Shown here: piece after piece, positions 39,940 through 49,164 of the stretch
Position numbering within the stretch: the first letter of the stretch is position 1
Layout of the letters: every line of letters starts with the position of its first letter
From: Candidatus Marinacidobacterium sp.
GTDB taxonomy: Bacteria > Acidobacteriota > Vicinamibacteria > Marinacidobacterales > Marinacidobacteraceae
Reading direction: 5' to 3'
Assembly: GCA_965204755.1 (NCBI GenBank)
Contig: OZ242011.1
Location: 2,016,001 to 2,080,000 of the forward strand
DNA: 64,000 nucleotides
Notes under the pieces: model-generated
What the model saw: only the letters and a program-made list of their open reading frames with translations
Told to the model about the DNA's origin: nothing
The model's database searches: none
Made by a program: the position numbers and the translations under genes

Positions 39940-40218
39940 ATGGGACTGCACGATCGCATTCGCGAGCACCTGAAGGAGAACAGGGACTCGCTTCTTCAAC
40001 TTCAAGGCGACGGACGGTTCGCTATCCGCGCCGGGGATGTCGCCGACAGTATGGATCTGCGTAATCGAATGCCGAGCATCTGCAATGTCCTGGCTGGCGA
40101 GAACTACCAAGAACAGGCGGGGCTCACACTCGTTGATCGAGAAGTGCCACCATCAGGGTACGGAAGAACGGCCACCTTCTTCTATGTGCCGCGCGGCTCC
40201 GGTCGCGGCTATCGGTGA
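39940..40218 (+). CDS. Small winged-helix-like protein (module recalled from N-termini of McrB/HNH nucleases)
   Basis: RBS AAGGAG and IRAGDVADSMDLRNRMPSICNVL...PPSG..TATFFY. Confidence 0.7.
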   Translation: MGLHDRIREHLKENRDSLLQLQGDGRFAIRAGDVADSMDLRNRMPSICNVLAGENYQEQAGLTLVDREVPPSGYGRTATFFYVPRGSGRGYR

Positions 40219-40712
40219 CGCCTTCGGCACTGCTGCGGGAAGTCGTGCCGCGGACCGAATCGGCTTCGCTACCTGCAGCGGACCTCTGCCTCGTCTCGTG
40301 CGGTCGCCGGAAGGTTCAGAATGCTGTCCCGGCGAAGGATCTCTACTGCTCCCCTCAGTTTCGCAAGACGCGGGAACTCGTGGAGAGTCAGGGTTGGCCT
40401 TGGTTCATCCTCTCGGCGAAGCACGGGTTGTTGGACCCGGAGCGGATGACCGAGCCCTACGACAAGACACTCAACACCATGAGTGCAGCGGAACGAAGGG
40501 AATGGGCGGAGACCGTCATGGACGCCCTTCACCCGCGCTTGGCCCGGGTGCGCGTGGTCGTCATCTTCGCCGGTGAGGTTTACCGGAAGTACTTGGAGCC
40601 GGAACTGCGTCGCCGAGGCATCGAAATCCAAGTGCCGATGGAAGGACTGCGCCAAGGGGAACAGTTGGCATGGCTGAGTGCGCAGTTGGCCCGACTCAAA
40701 AAACCGAGATGA
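40215..40712 (+). CDS. DUF6884-like protein, copy 1
   Basis: LVSCGRRK..PAKDLY.S..F..WFILSAKHGLL.P....PYDKTL..M..ERREW, AGEVY, PMEGLRQGEQL. Confidence 0.8.
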   Translation: MTPSALLREVVPRTESASLPAADLCLVSCGRRKVQNAVPAKDLYCSPQFRKTRELVESQGWPWFILSAKHGLLDPERMTEPYDKTLNTMSAAERREWAETVMDALHPRLARVRVVVIFAGEVYRKYLEPELRRRGIEIQVPMEGLRQGEQLAWLSAQLARLKKPR

Positions 40713-41464
40713 GATTCGTGCACCGCGCCGACACGGGCCGCTTCTACTCGCTGCTGGCGCAGATCCAGGAGAAAGTCGGCGGGCGTCGTCGCCTCGCCGA
40801 GTGCGACGGCGGAATGGACTGGCCCGAGCGAGGCGTGTACTTCTTCTTCGAGCCCGGAGAGCGCAGGAGAGATTCCGAGGACGGCGACCGCATAGTGCGC
40901 GTCGGCACCCACGCCCTGAAGACCGGAGCGGTGTCAACCCTGTGGAAGCGGCTCGACCAGCACCGCGGTCGCGCCGGCGCCGGCGTAGGAAGCCATCGCT
41001 CCTCCGTCTTCCGCGGCTTGGTGGGTCGGGCCTTGGCTGCTCGCGGTGACTGCGAACTTCCCCCGACTTGGAGATCGGCGAACGAAGACCCGCGAACCAA
41101 GAACGGCATGACCAGCGCGGTGGCCCGCCGGTTCGGCCTGACCCGCGCGGAAGTGTTGGCGAGCGAGGCGGACCTGGAAGGGCGTGTCAGCGACTACATC
41201 GGCCGGATGCCGTTCCTCTGGCTCGGCGTCCCCGACGCCGCGGGGCCGGAGAGCGCGCGCGGCCGCGTCGAGCGCGGCGCTATCGGTCTCCTGAGCCACT
41301 ACTCGACGCCGGCGGAGGACCCGCCCTCCGTGCACTGGCTCGGCCACCACAGCGACCGCGAGCGCATCCGCGAGTCGGGTCTCTGGAACAGCCAGCATGT
41401 GGACAAGCCCTACGACCCGGCGTTCCTCGACGAAATGGAGCGACTCATCGCCGCATGGCTGTAA
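40709..41464 (+). CDS. GIY-YIG-like nuclease, copy 1
   Basis: GVYFFFE...VRVG, RL.QH, SVFR, ERGAI, GLWN. ATGA coupling with the upstream gene. Confidence 0.7.
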   Translation: MRFVHRADTGRFYSLLAQIQEKVGGRRRLAECDGGMDWPERGVYFFFEPGERRRDSEDGDRIVRVGTHALKTGAVSTLWKRLDQHRGRAGAGVGSHRSSVFRGLVGRALAARGDCELPPTWRSANEDPRTKNGMTSAVARRFGLTRAEVLASEADLEGRVSDYIGRMPFLWLGVPDAAGPESARGRVERGAIGLLSHYSTPAEDPPSVHWLGHHSDRERIRESGLWNSQHVDKPYDPAFLDEMERLIAAWL

Positions 41465-42207
41465 AACGCCGGCTCGCCGACACCGCACGCTTCTACGCGC
41501 TGCTGGCTCACATCGAAGAGAAGGTCGGCGGGCGCCGTCGGCTTGCGGAGTGCGATGGTCGAATGCACTGGCCCAGGCGCGGCGTGTACTTCTTCTTCGA
41601 GCCCGGCGAGCGCCGGAGCCTCTCCGGCGAGGGCGACCGCGTGGTGCGCGTCGGTACTCACACCGGATCGAAGACAAAACTCTGGAGTCGGCTCAGCACG
41701 CACCGCGGCCCCACCAAGACCGGCTTGGGCACCCATCGTAACTCTGTCTTTCGCGGTTTGATCGGTCGGGCGCTGGCCTATCGCGGCGACTGCGAACTTC
41801 CGCCTACTTGGAGGCGGGCTAACAACGACCGGCGAACGAAGACCGGAACGATCAACGCGGTCGCGCGCCGATTCGGTATGACCAAAGAGCAAGTAGAGAG
41901 CAGCGAGGAGGACCTGGAGCGGCGGGTGAGCAACTACATCGGCCGAATGCCCCTCCTCTGGCTCAGCGTGCCCGACCCTCCGGGACGCGGCAACGAGCGC
42001 CGCCTCCGCATCGAACGGAATGCCATCGCGCTCCTGAGCGCTTACGCCCTCCGGGCGCTCGACCCGCCGTCCGCCAACTGGCTCGGAAACCACAGCGAAC
42101 ACGAGGACATCCGCGAATCGGGTCTCTGGAACAGCAAACATGTGGACGAGCCCTACGACCCGGCGTTTCTCAACGAGATGGAAGACCTCATCGCCGCTTG
42201 GCCATAA
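41455..42207 (+). CDS. GIY-YIG-like nuclease, copy 2
   Basis: Close paralog of 40709-41464 (RFYALLA.I.EKVGGRRRLAECDG...YDPAFL.EME.LIAAW). Confidence 0.75.
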   Translation: MAVKRRLADTARFYALLAHIEEKVGGRRRLAECDGRMHWPRRGVYFFFEPGERRSLSGEGDRVVRVGTHTGSKTKLWSRLSTHRGPTKTGLGTHRNSVFRGLIGRALAYRGDCELPPTWRRANNDRRTKTGTINAVARRFGMTKEQVESSEEDLERRVSNYIGRMPLLWLSVPDPPGRGNERRLRIERNAIALLSAYALRALDPPSANWLGNHSEHEDIRESGLWNSKHVDEPYDPAFLNEMEDLIAAWP

Positions 42208-42277
42208 GAGCCAAGAGTGTGACATCAGGGCTGTCTCACGTTCACGCGGGAAGGCCGGAGCAACGGAGACGATTGAG

Positions 42278-42751
42278 ATGACGCGGTCCGCGGGGTTGCC
42301 GGAGGATGGGCGATCGAGTGATTGCCGAGTTCTGCCTGCCTACGCTCTCTGTCTTGTATCCTGTGGACGCTGTAAGTTGAACCACGCCGCCCCGGCAAAG
42401 TGTCTCTACCGATCGGAACGTTTCCAGAGGACGCGCCGGTTCGTGGAAGAACGAGGCTGGCCGTGGTTCATTCTCTCCGCAAGACACGGACTGCTGTGCC
42501 CGGATCGAAAGATAGGTTGGTACGATGAGACACTCTGTACTATGCCCGAGGAAGATCGAAAGAAGTGGGCCGAGGGTGTGCTCGGCGATCTTCGACCACG
42601 GCTTGGCGATGTGCGGTCCATCGTTATCTTCGCTGACCCAAAATACTCGGAGCACTTGGCCCCTCGTCTTCTCGATCTCGGCCTTCAGGTCTGTTGCCGG
42701 GAGCGGGATTGGGTCGTGAGGAACTGCAATTCCGACCTGCAGATCGATTGA
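42278..42751 (+). CDS. DUF6884-like protein, copy 2 (diverged, Cys-rich)
   Basis: LCLVSCGRCK..PAKCLY..WPWFILSARHGLL..YDETL, lower GC, divergent C-terminus. Confidence 0.7.
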   Translation: MTRSAGLPEDGRSSDCRVLPAYALCLVSCGRCKLNHAAPAKCLYRSERFQRTRRFVEERGWPWFILSARHGLLCPDRKIGWYDETLCTMPEEDRKKWAEGVLGDLRPRLGDVRSIVIFADPKYSEHLAPRLLDLGLQVCCRERDWVVRNCNSDLQID

Positions 42752-42773
42752 ATCACCCGATTCAGGATGCCCG

Positions 42774-43517
42774 ATGATCCGCGTCGCTGACACGGTGCGC
42801 TTCTACGCGCTGTTGGCGCAGATCGAGGGGAAAGTCGGCGGGCGTCGCTGCCTCGCCGAGTGCGATGGCGGAACGGACTGGCCCGCACGCGGCGTCTACT
42901 TCTTCTTCGAGCCCGGCGAACGCCGGAAACTCTCCGGCAAGGGCGACCGCGTCACGCGCGTCGGCACGCACACCGGCCTGACGACCTCCCTCTGGAATCG
43001 GCTGAGCCAACACTGTGACCCATTCAGCACTGGCCCGGAGTGCCATCGCATCTCCGTCTTCCGCGGCTTGGTCGGTCGGGCGCTGACCTATCGCGGCGAC
43101 TGTGAACTTCCGCGCACTTGGAGATGGGCGAATGACGACCGGCGAACCAAGAGAGGGAGGACGACAGAGGTCGCGCCCCGATTCCGCATGACCACCGAGC
43201 AAGTGGAGGCGAGCGAGGCGGACTTGGAGCGGCGAGTGAGCGACTACATCGGTCGAATGCCGCTCCTCTGGCTCCGCGTGCCGGACGCCGGGAAACGCGG
43301 CAGCATGCGCCGCCGCCGCATCGAACGCCAAGCCATCGCGCTCTTGAGCGGTTACTCCCGCCCGGCGCTCGACCCGCCCTCCGCGCACTGGCTCGGAAAC
43401 CACAGCGACCGCAGGAAGAACCGCGAGTCGGGTCTCTGGAACAGCAAACATGTGGACGAGCCCTACGACCCGACGTTCCTCGACGAGATGGAAGACCTCA
43501 TCGCCGCCTGGCGATAG
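42774..43517 (+). CDS. GIY-YIG-like nuclease, copy 3
   Basis: Third paralog with the same motifs. Confidence 0.75.
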   Translation: MIRVADTVRFYALLAQIEGKVGGRRCLAECDGGTDWPARGVYFFFEPGERRKLSGKGDRVTRVGTHTGLTTSLWNRLSQHCDPFSTGPECHRISVFRGLVGRALTYRGDCELPRTWRWANDDRRTKRGRTTEVAPRFRMTTEQVEASEADLERRVSDYIGRMPLLWLRVPDAGKRGSMRRRRIERQAIALLSGYSRPALDPPSAHWLGNHSDRRKNRESGLWNSKHVDEPYDPTFLDEMEDLIAAWR

Positions 43518-43583
43518 CGCGAAGTCCATTCCCGGTTCCCGCACGAAGGGAACCGAACCGGGCCGGGGGCGCCGTCGCCAGGG

Positions 43584-45989
43584 TCAGAGCGTTCGCAGGA
43601 CGACGGACGGTTCCGGCCGGACCACGCGCTTCGCGGCGAGGAAACACGCCGCGCCCACCACGGCGAGCACGAGAGCGACCGGCGCTGCGTAGAGCAGCGG
43701 CAACCCGGTCTCGACCCAGAGCACGCGGCTGCCCACGAACCGGACCACGACCCAGCCGGCGAAACCTCCGATCCCGACCCCGGCGACCGCGACCGCGGCC
43801 GTCTTCCGCGCGACTTCCCCGACCACCCTCCGGTTCGGCGCGCCGAGCGCCCGGCGGATCGCGACCGCCCGTTCGCTGCGGGCCACGGTCTCCAGCACCT
43901 GGCCCGCCGCGCCGACCGCCGCCAGCAGCAGGCCGGCGGCGGCGAAAACGACCAGCGCGAACGCGCCGAACACCGGACTGCCGAGCGCCCGGATCCGGCG
44001 GTCGCGCACCGCTTCCGTTCGCAGCACGCGAAACGCCGGATCCACTGCGCGCGGCACGCGGGAAAGCGCCGCGAGCCACTCCGTGGACACCGGAGCGTCG
44101 AAACGCGCCACGACTTCGACCTTCCACAGCGGGGCGCGGCTCGAACGCTGCGCGAACGGGACATAGAGCGTGGCCGGCGCTTCGGCGCGACCGAACATCC
44201 GTGCCTCCGGGACGATGCCGACAATGCGGACGGACTCCGAGCCCGAAGGTTCCGGACGACCGAGCGGGTCGGGATGTTCGGACATCGCCGCGGCCCGGCG
44301 ACCGAGCGCGCCCACCGTTTCGGCGCCGGGCCGGTCGGTTTCGACGAAACCCCGACCGCGCAGCACGGGCATTCCGAGCGCCGCGAAGAGTCCGGCGCTG
44401 ACGGCGCGGCGCCGTCCGGAATACATCCCGGCGCCGGGCGGTTGCGGCGGGACGCCCGACGGAAGCCACGCGTCGCCGGACCTCTCGTCCGGGAGGGTGT
44501 CGGCGTATCCGACCGCGGAGACTCCGGCCATTCCCCCGATGCGGTCGGCGAGGCGGTCGAGCGCCTCCACCTGCGCCGCGAACGGAAGCGGACTCCCTCC
44601 GGCCGCTCCGAAGTCCACGGTTACCTGCGCGAGGCCCGCGTCCGAATAGCCGTGGGCGCCGCCGAGCAGCCGTAGCGCGCTTCCCGAAACGACCCCGGCG
44701 GCGATCAGCATCGCGCTCGCGGTCGCGGTCCCGAGAACGAGGAAGACTCCGGCGAGCGGCGTTCGCGGGGTCGAACGCGAGAGGAGGACACCGGGCGCCG
44801 AGCGAACCGCCGCCAGGAACGAGGGTGCCTCCGCCACGAGGGCGGCGCCGGCCGCGAGCAGCGCGCCCCGGACCGCGATCCCCTCGCCCATACCCTCCGC
44901 GAGCGCGTCGCCGGAGCCGCCGGCGTAGTAGCGAACGAGCGGATACAGCCAACGCGCGAGCAGTGAGCCGAGCAGGAAGACGCCCCCGGCGACCGCGACG
45001 ACGCGAAACCACGCGGTCGCGGCCCCGTCCCACCGGCCGGCCCCGACCGAACGCCGTATGGCTTCCGACCGCCGTTCGCGGAGGGCGCGCGCCCCGCGCA
45101 ACCCGACGACGCTCACCGCCGCCGCCAGCAGAAGCAGGAAGGCCCCCACTCGCAGGATTTCCAGGGTCGGCCGGATACCGGCGGTCGCCGCGTCCTCGAG
45201 CGATACGAGGCGAACGGACGGATTCGGGCGTTCGCCGGCGTTCTCGAGCCGCGCGACCGCTTCCTCCCGCGCGGCGGCGAGCGACCGGCCCTCGTTCAGC
45301 CGAGCGACGGTCGGTGACGCGCTCATCGTGAACGACCCGAAAGTCGGTTTCGGTTCCGGCCCGGGCGTCGGTATCCAGCCGTCCCAACTCCCGTCGGGGA
45401 ATCGGAACGAGTCCGGCATCACGCCCACGATGCGAACCGGCGCCCCGTCGAGCGTCGTTTGCGTTCCCACGACTCCGGTATCGCCGCCGAACGCCGTTCG
45501 CCAGAGATCGTGGCTCAGGAGGAGAACCGAGGCGTCCTGCCCTCCCCCCTCGTGCTCTTCGGGCAGGAACCATCGCCCGGCGTAGGGCCGCGCGCCGAGC
45601 ATCTCCAGCAAACCCGGCCCCAGCCGCGCCAGCCGCAGGGTTCGGGCGCTCTCGCCGGAACCGAGGATCGCCCGCGTCCCGGCCCAGCGCTCCATCCCGG
45701 AAAACGCGGCGGACTCGTCGCGCAACAGCAGGATTTCATGTCCGAACGGCGGCGCGAACGCTCCGCTCGCCCCGGCTCCCGCTGCGCCGGCGGCGACTTC
45801 GACGGTTACGAGGCGTTCGGGCGTTTCGTACGGGAGCGGGCGGGCCACGACCTGCTCCCACACGGATTCCACGATCCCGCTCGCCGCCGCGGCCGCGGAC
45901 AGGACGACGAGGAGGGCGGCGGCGTTACCCGGAGACCGCCGGAACGACCTCGCCGCCGCCTTCCACGCGGCGCCCAGCCGTACGAACAT
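43584..45989 (-). CDS. MacB-like duplicated ABC permease (ADOP type), no ATPase partner adjacent
   Basis: RPLPY..PERLV, IVGVMPDSFRFP, two FtsX-type halves (AIRRSVGA, AIRRALGA). Confidence 0.85.
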   Translation of the reverse strand: MFVRLGAAWKAAARSFRRSPGNAAALLVVLSAAAAASGIVESVWEQVVARPLPYETPERLVTVEVAAGAAGAGASGAFAPPFGHEILLLRDESAAFSGMERWAGTRAILGSGESARTLRLARLGPGLLEMLGARPYAGRWFLPEEHEGGGQDASVLLLSHDLWRTAFGGDTGVVGTQTTLDGAPVRIVGVMPDSFRFPDGSWDGWIPTPGPEPKPTFGSFTMSASPTVARLNEGRSLAAAREEAVARLENAGERPNPSVRLVSLEDAATAGIRPTLEILRVGAFLLLLAAAVSVVGLRGARALRERRSEAIRRSVGAGRWDGAATAWFRVVAVAGGVFLLGSLLARWLYPLVRYYAGGSGDALAEGMGEGIAVRGALLAAGAALVAEAPSFLAAVRSAPGVLLSRSTPRTPLAGVFLVLGTATASAMLIAAGVVSGSALRLLGGAHGYSDAGLAQVTVDFGAAGGSPLPFAAQVEALDRLADRIGGMAGVSAVGYADTLPDERSGDAWLPSGVPPQPPGAGMYSGRRRAVSAGLFAALGMPVLRGRGFVETDRPGAETVGALGRRAAAMSEHPDPLGRPEPSGSESVRIVGIVPEARMFGRAEAPATLYVPFAQRSSRAPLWKVEVVARFDAPVSTEWLAALSRVPRAVDPAFRVLRTEAVRDRRIRALGSPVFGAFALVVFAAAGLLLAAVGAAGQVLETVARSERAVAIRRALGAPNRRVVGEVARKTAAVAVAGVGIGGFAGWVVVRFVGSRVLWVETGLPLLYAAPVALVLAVVGAACFLAAKRVVRPEPSVVLRTL

Positions 45990-46032
45990 CCCGCGCCCCG
46001 AGGAATGCCGCCGCTTTTCGACCGACGGTCAG

Positions 46033-46890
46033 TCAGTCAGGCCGACCCGGCCGGGCGACCTCGCCGGCGGCGTTCCGAACGAGATCCCCGATGGGGCCGG
46101 GCGCCGCCAGGAAGGTCTGACGGACGCGAGGATTCGGAATCGCTTCGAGCGAAGCGCCGTGTTCGAGGAGCAGCGCCACCAACTCCTCGTCTCCCGAGAA
46201 CAGCGCCATCTCGAACGGAGGAATCCCGCGGAACTCGTTCGGGTCGGCGCCGCCCGCCAGCAGGCGCCGCGCGATCGCCAGCCGCTGCGGCGCCCGCGCG
46301 GACGGCGCTCGATTCGCGCTTTCGCCGGCGAACTGGCCGATGTGCCAGGCGCTCATCAACTGATCGAGGGGTTTGCCGAAGTCGGGCGGCGCCGCGTGGT
46401 TCGGGTCGGCGCCGGCGTCCAGCAACACGGTCGCGCTGTCGGCGGCTCCCATGTAGGCGGCCCAGGTCAGCGCCGACCAACCCCGCCCGTCCGGCGAGTC
46501 CACTTCGGCGCCGGCGCGCAGCAGGCGCCGGACCGTCGCCGGGGCATCGTCGGCCGCGGCTTGGTGGAGAGGGCCGTAGCCGTGCGCGTCCCGCGCATTC
46601 GGCCCGACGCCGGCGGCGAGCATCTCTTCCACTCCCTGCGTATCGCCTACCGCCGCCGCGGCGACGAGTTGGCCGGCCGGGCTGTCGTCGTGGCGTCGTC
46701 CGGTGACCAGGTCCGCCAAGCCGTCTTCCGGGCGAGGCTCCTCCGGCCCGCCGGCCGGGCGCGCGTCAGCGGCTTCGGTCGGCGCCGGCGGCGGTTCCTC
46801 CGCCGACCGGAACGACCGGACGCCCGTCCAGACACCCAGCAGGCCGGCGGCGCCGAGCGCCGCGTAGAGGAGTTTGCGGGCGAGGGTCAC
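46033..46890 (-). CDS. Membrane-anchored ankyrin repeat protein
   Basis: N-terminal TM, GYGPLHQAA, GWSALTWAA, LLDAGADPN, LLAGGADPN. Confidence 0.88.
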   Translation of the reverse strand: MTLARKLLYAALGAAGLLGVWTGVRSFRSAEEPPPAPTEAADARPAGGPEEPRPEDGLADLVTGRRHDDSPAGQLVAAAAVGDTQGVEEMLAAGVGPNARDAHGYGPLHQAAADDAPATVRRLLRAGAEVDSPDGRGWSALTWAAYMGAADSATVLLDAGADPNHAAPPDFGKPLDQLMSAWHIGQFAGESANRAPSARAPQRLAIARRLLAGGADPNEFRGIPPFEMALFSGDEELVALLLEHGASLEAIPNPRVRQTFLAAPGPIGDLVRNAAGEVARPGRPD

Positions 46891-46960
46891 GGGGTTCCGC
46901 GTTCCGGGGTTCGGGAGTCTCCCACGGGATTCGGCGGCTGTCGAATCTCGTTCGGGACTC

Positions 46961-48295
46961 TCAGCCGGTCAGGTACCGCGCCGTTTCGTCCAGGCGTTCG
47001 CCGGCGGCGTCCAGGATCGGTTCGCTGACCTCCGGGGGGAAGTCGTCGGGCAATCGGGCCCGCGCCCGGTCGAACGCTTCGCCGCGGGTCTCGACCAGTT
47101 CCGTCAGGATTTCGCGGGTCACCGCGGCGGGGATGCCGGCGGCTTCGCCGCTCTCGACGAAGTGGCGCGGCGTGATCTTGCCGACCGCCCGGGTCGGTTC
47201 GGTGGTCCCTACCGTGAACGACATGCCCAAATCGTTCGCGCCGAAGACTTCGCGGTGGATCGTCCACTGGAAGGAAACGATGTCGAAGAACGGCGCGAGT
47301 CGGTACTCCCCGCCGGGGAGGAGCCGCAGGCAGTAGTTCTTCGGATGGCCGTCGATCGCGGCCAGCAACCAGAAGACGACCTGCGCTTTCAGGAAGGTTC
47401 GCCGGTCTTCGTCCGCCGAGACCGAGCCTCGCAGCAGTTCGAACATCCGGGTCAGGTTCGGGCCTCCGTCCCCCTCGTACTTGCAGAACACGGAGTTGCC
47501 GATGGCCTGCAGGAAGTCTTCGTGCGGCGCGCGCAGCAACCGGCCGTCGTCGGTCCATTCGCGGTCGAACCGCTCCACGACGATGGCGCGTTGATCCCCG
47601 AACTCCCCGATCTCCGTCGGGGCGGTGGAAAGCCCGAAGGCCGGGGTGAGCGCCTGGCAGAGGAACTCGTTCTCGACGCTGTCCGGGAAGGTCGTCCCCA
47701 TCAGCCGGCCGATCTGCGGCTTCAGGATGTGGGTCGTCGGCGTGCAGCCGGCGGGGCGGCGCCATTCCCCGTCCACCCGGAGCAGGGCGGTCTTGCGCTG
47801 CGCTCCGGCCAAGGCGAGGGGAAAGTCGCGATCGACGCCCAGCGGCCGCTCTTCGAGGTTGGCCAGGACGCTCTCGACCTCCTCGTCCGGGACGGGCGCC
47901 CCGGAGACCGCGCCTTCCGGCCCGGGATCTTCGCCTTCGGGAACGAAGACGACCGCGCCCGCCGCGCGCCGCCCCAAACACGCGATCAAGGAGAAGGGAT
48001 CCGCCCGCTCGAAACCGAAGCACTCCGCCAGACTCTCGCGGTACGGCATGGACTCCGGCAGGAGGTTGCCCAGGAAGTCGTCCACCCGATACCCGCCGTG
48101 GGGCGCCTCCTGCAGCGGCAGCGAAAGCGAGATCGGCGTCGCCCCCTCCCAGGCGAGGTAGTCGCGGTCGTAGCGGAGCGACAGCCGAGGCACTCCGTGC
48201 TTGTCCCGGCCGCGCGCGATCTTTCCCAGGCGTCTGCCGTGGTGGTAGAGATCGAGCGCCGAGATGCCCGGGTCCTTGCTCAGGGCCTTGCGCAT
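46961..48295 (-). CDS. hipA: HipA-family Ser/Thr kinase toxin
   Basis: Couple_hipA N-domain (PISLSLP, NLLPE), LAGAQRK, THILKP, ENE, VERFDR, DGHPKN, APFFD. Confidence 0.9.
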   Translation of the reverse strand: MRKALSKDPGISALDLYHHGRRLGKIARGRDKHGVPRLSLRYDRDYLAWEGATPISLSLPLQEAPHGGYRVDDFLGNLLPESMPYRESLAECFGFERADPFSLIACLGRRAAGAVVFVPEGEDPGPEGAVSGAPVPDEEVESVLANLEERPLGVDRDFPLALAGAQRKTALLRVDGEWRRPAGCTPTTHILKPQIGRLMGTTFPDSVENEFLCQALTPAFGLSTAPTEIGEFGDQRAIVVERFDREWTDDGRLLRAPHEDFLQAIGNSVFCKYEGDGGPNLTRMFELLRGSVSADEDRRTFLKAQVVFWLLAAIDGHPKNYCLRLLPGGEYRLAPFFDIVSFQWTIHREVFGANDLGMSFTVGTTEPTRAVGKITPRHFVESGEAAGIPAAVTREILTELVETRGEAFDRARARLPDDFPPEVSEPILDAAGERLDETARYLTG

Positions 48296-48322
48296 GTTGC
48301 CGCTCCTTTCCCCGGTCGGGGT

Positions 48323-49153
48323 TTACGGCGTCCCGGCGTCGTCCGAAGAGGGCCCCGCGTCGCTGCGGCGAAAGAGTAGCGATTCGGCGGCGGCGCGCGT
48401 CGCGGCGTCCAGCAGCAGGTTCTTGGTTCCCGCGAAACTCAACACCTGCCGATACTCGCGCTCGTCGCCGGCGCCGTCGGCCGCGCCCATCGCGCCGGCC
48501 TCATGTCTTCGCCGCAGGATTCCTTCCGCGAGAGTGATGATGCTCCCGATGGCGGCTTCGACGGCCGGAGCGGCCGGCATCGCCCCGAAGGCGCCGTCCG
48601 CTCCGAGCGGCCGCAAGCCGAACCACGAGAACCGGGTCCAAGTCCCCCGGCGCTCGTCCCGCGTATGCATCGCGAGCCGTTTGCCGAGTTCCCCGGCGCC
48701 GGCGCCGCCCCGGTGCGCCGCAGTCCAGGGCCGGTCCTCGTCGCCGTGCAGCAGGTACGCGCCGCCTTGCCCGGCGAAGTCCACCTGGCCGCGCCGCGCC
48801 GCGTTCATCTTCCTGGCCGTCCCGACGATCCGGGGCGCCGCGCTCCACTCCACCGCGGCCCTCGCCCAGAAGATCCCGAACGAAGTCACGATCGGCGGAA
48901 GCCGGTAGCCGCCCGTCTCGTCGGCCCGCCGCAGCCGGAAGCGGCGTCCCGGCGCCCGGACGAACGGCGACTCCGAACCCTCCGTCCGGAGCGAATGCGT
49001 CAGCGTCTCGGCCACCACGATCTTCGGAGGCCGGGAGCCCCGGCTCGCGAGCCCCCGGCTCACGATCCACTCCGCGATCTCCCGCTCGGTAAGCGGCTTC
49101 CGCGCCTCCCCGAGCGCCCGAACGACCGCGTCCTTCCAAGCCGACGCCGCCAC
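48323..49153 (-). CDS. HARE-HTH + degenerate GIY-YIG protein
   Basis: WKDAVVRAL..KPLTEREI..RGL, SFGIFW, GAYLLH, RL..H, W.RFSWFG. Paralog of 49165-49953, GTG start inferred. Confidence 0.7.
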   Translation of the reverse strand: MAASAWKDAVVRALGEARKPLTEREIAEWIVSRGLASRGSRPPKIVVAETLTHSLRTEGSESPFVRAPGRRFRLRRADETGGYRLPPIVTSFGIFWARAAVEWSAAPRIVGTARKMNAARRGQVDFAGQGGAYLLHGDEDRPWTAAHRGGAGAGELGKRLAMHTRDERRGTWTRFSWFGLRPLGADGAFGAMPAAPAVEAAIGSIITLAEGILRRRHEAGAMGAADGAGDEREYRQVLSFAGTKNLLLDAATRAAAESLLFRRSDAGPSSDDAGTP

Positions 49154-49164
49154 TGGGGGTGAAC

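Noticed and set aside
40709-43517. Diversity-generating retroelement explaining the paralog variation
   Set aside because: No reverse transcriptase or template/variable repeat pair, and the differences do not appear adenine-specific.
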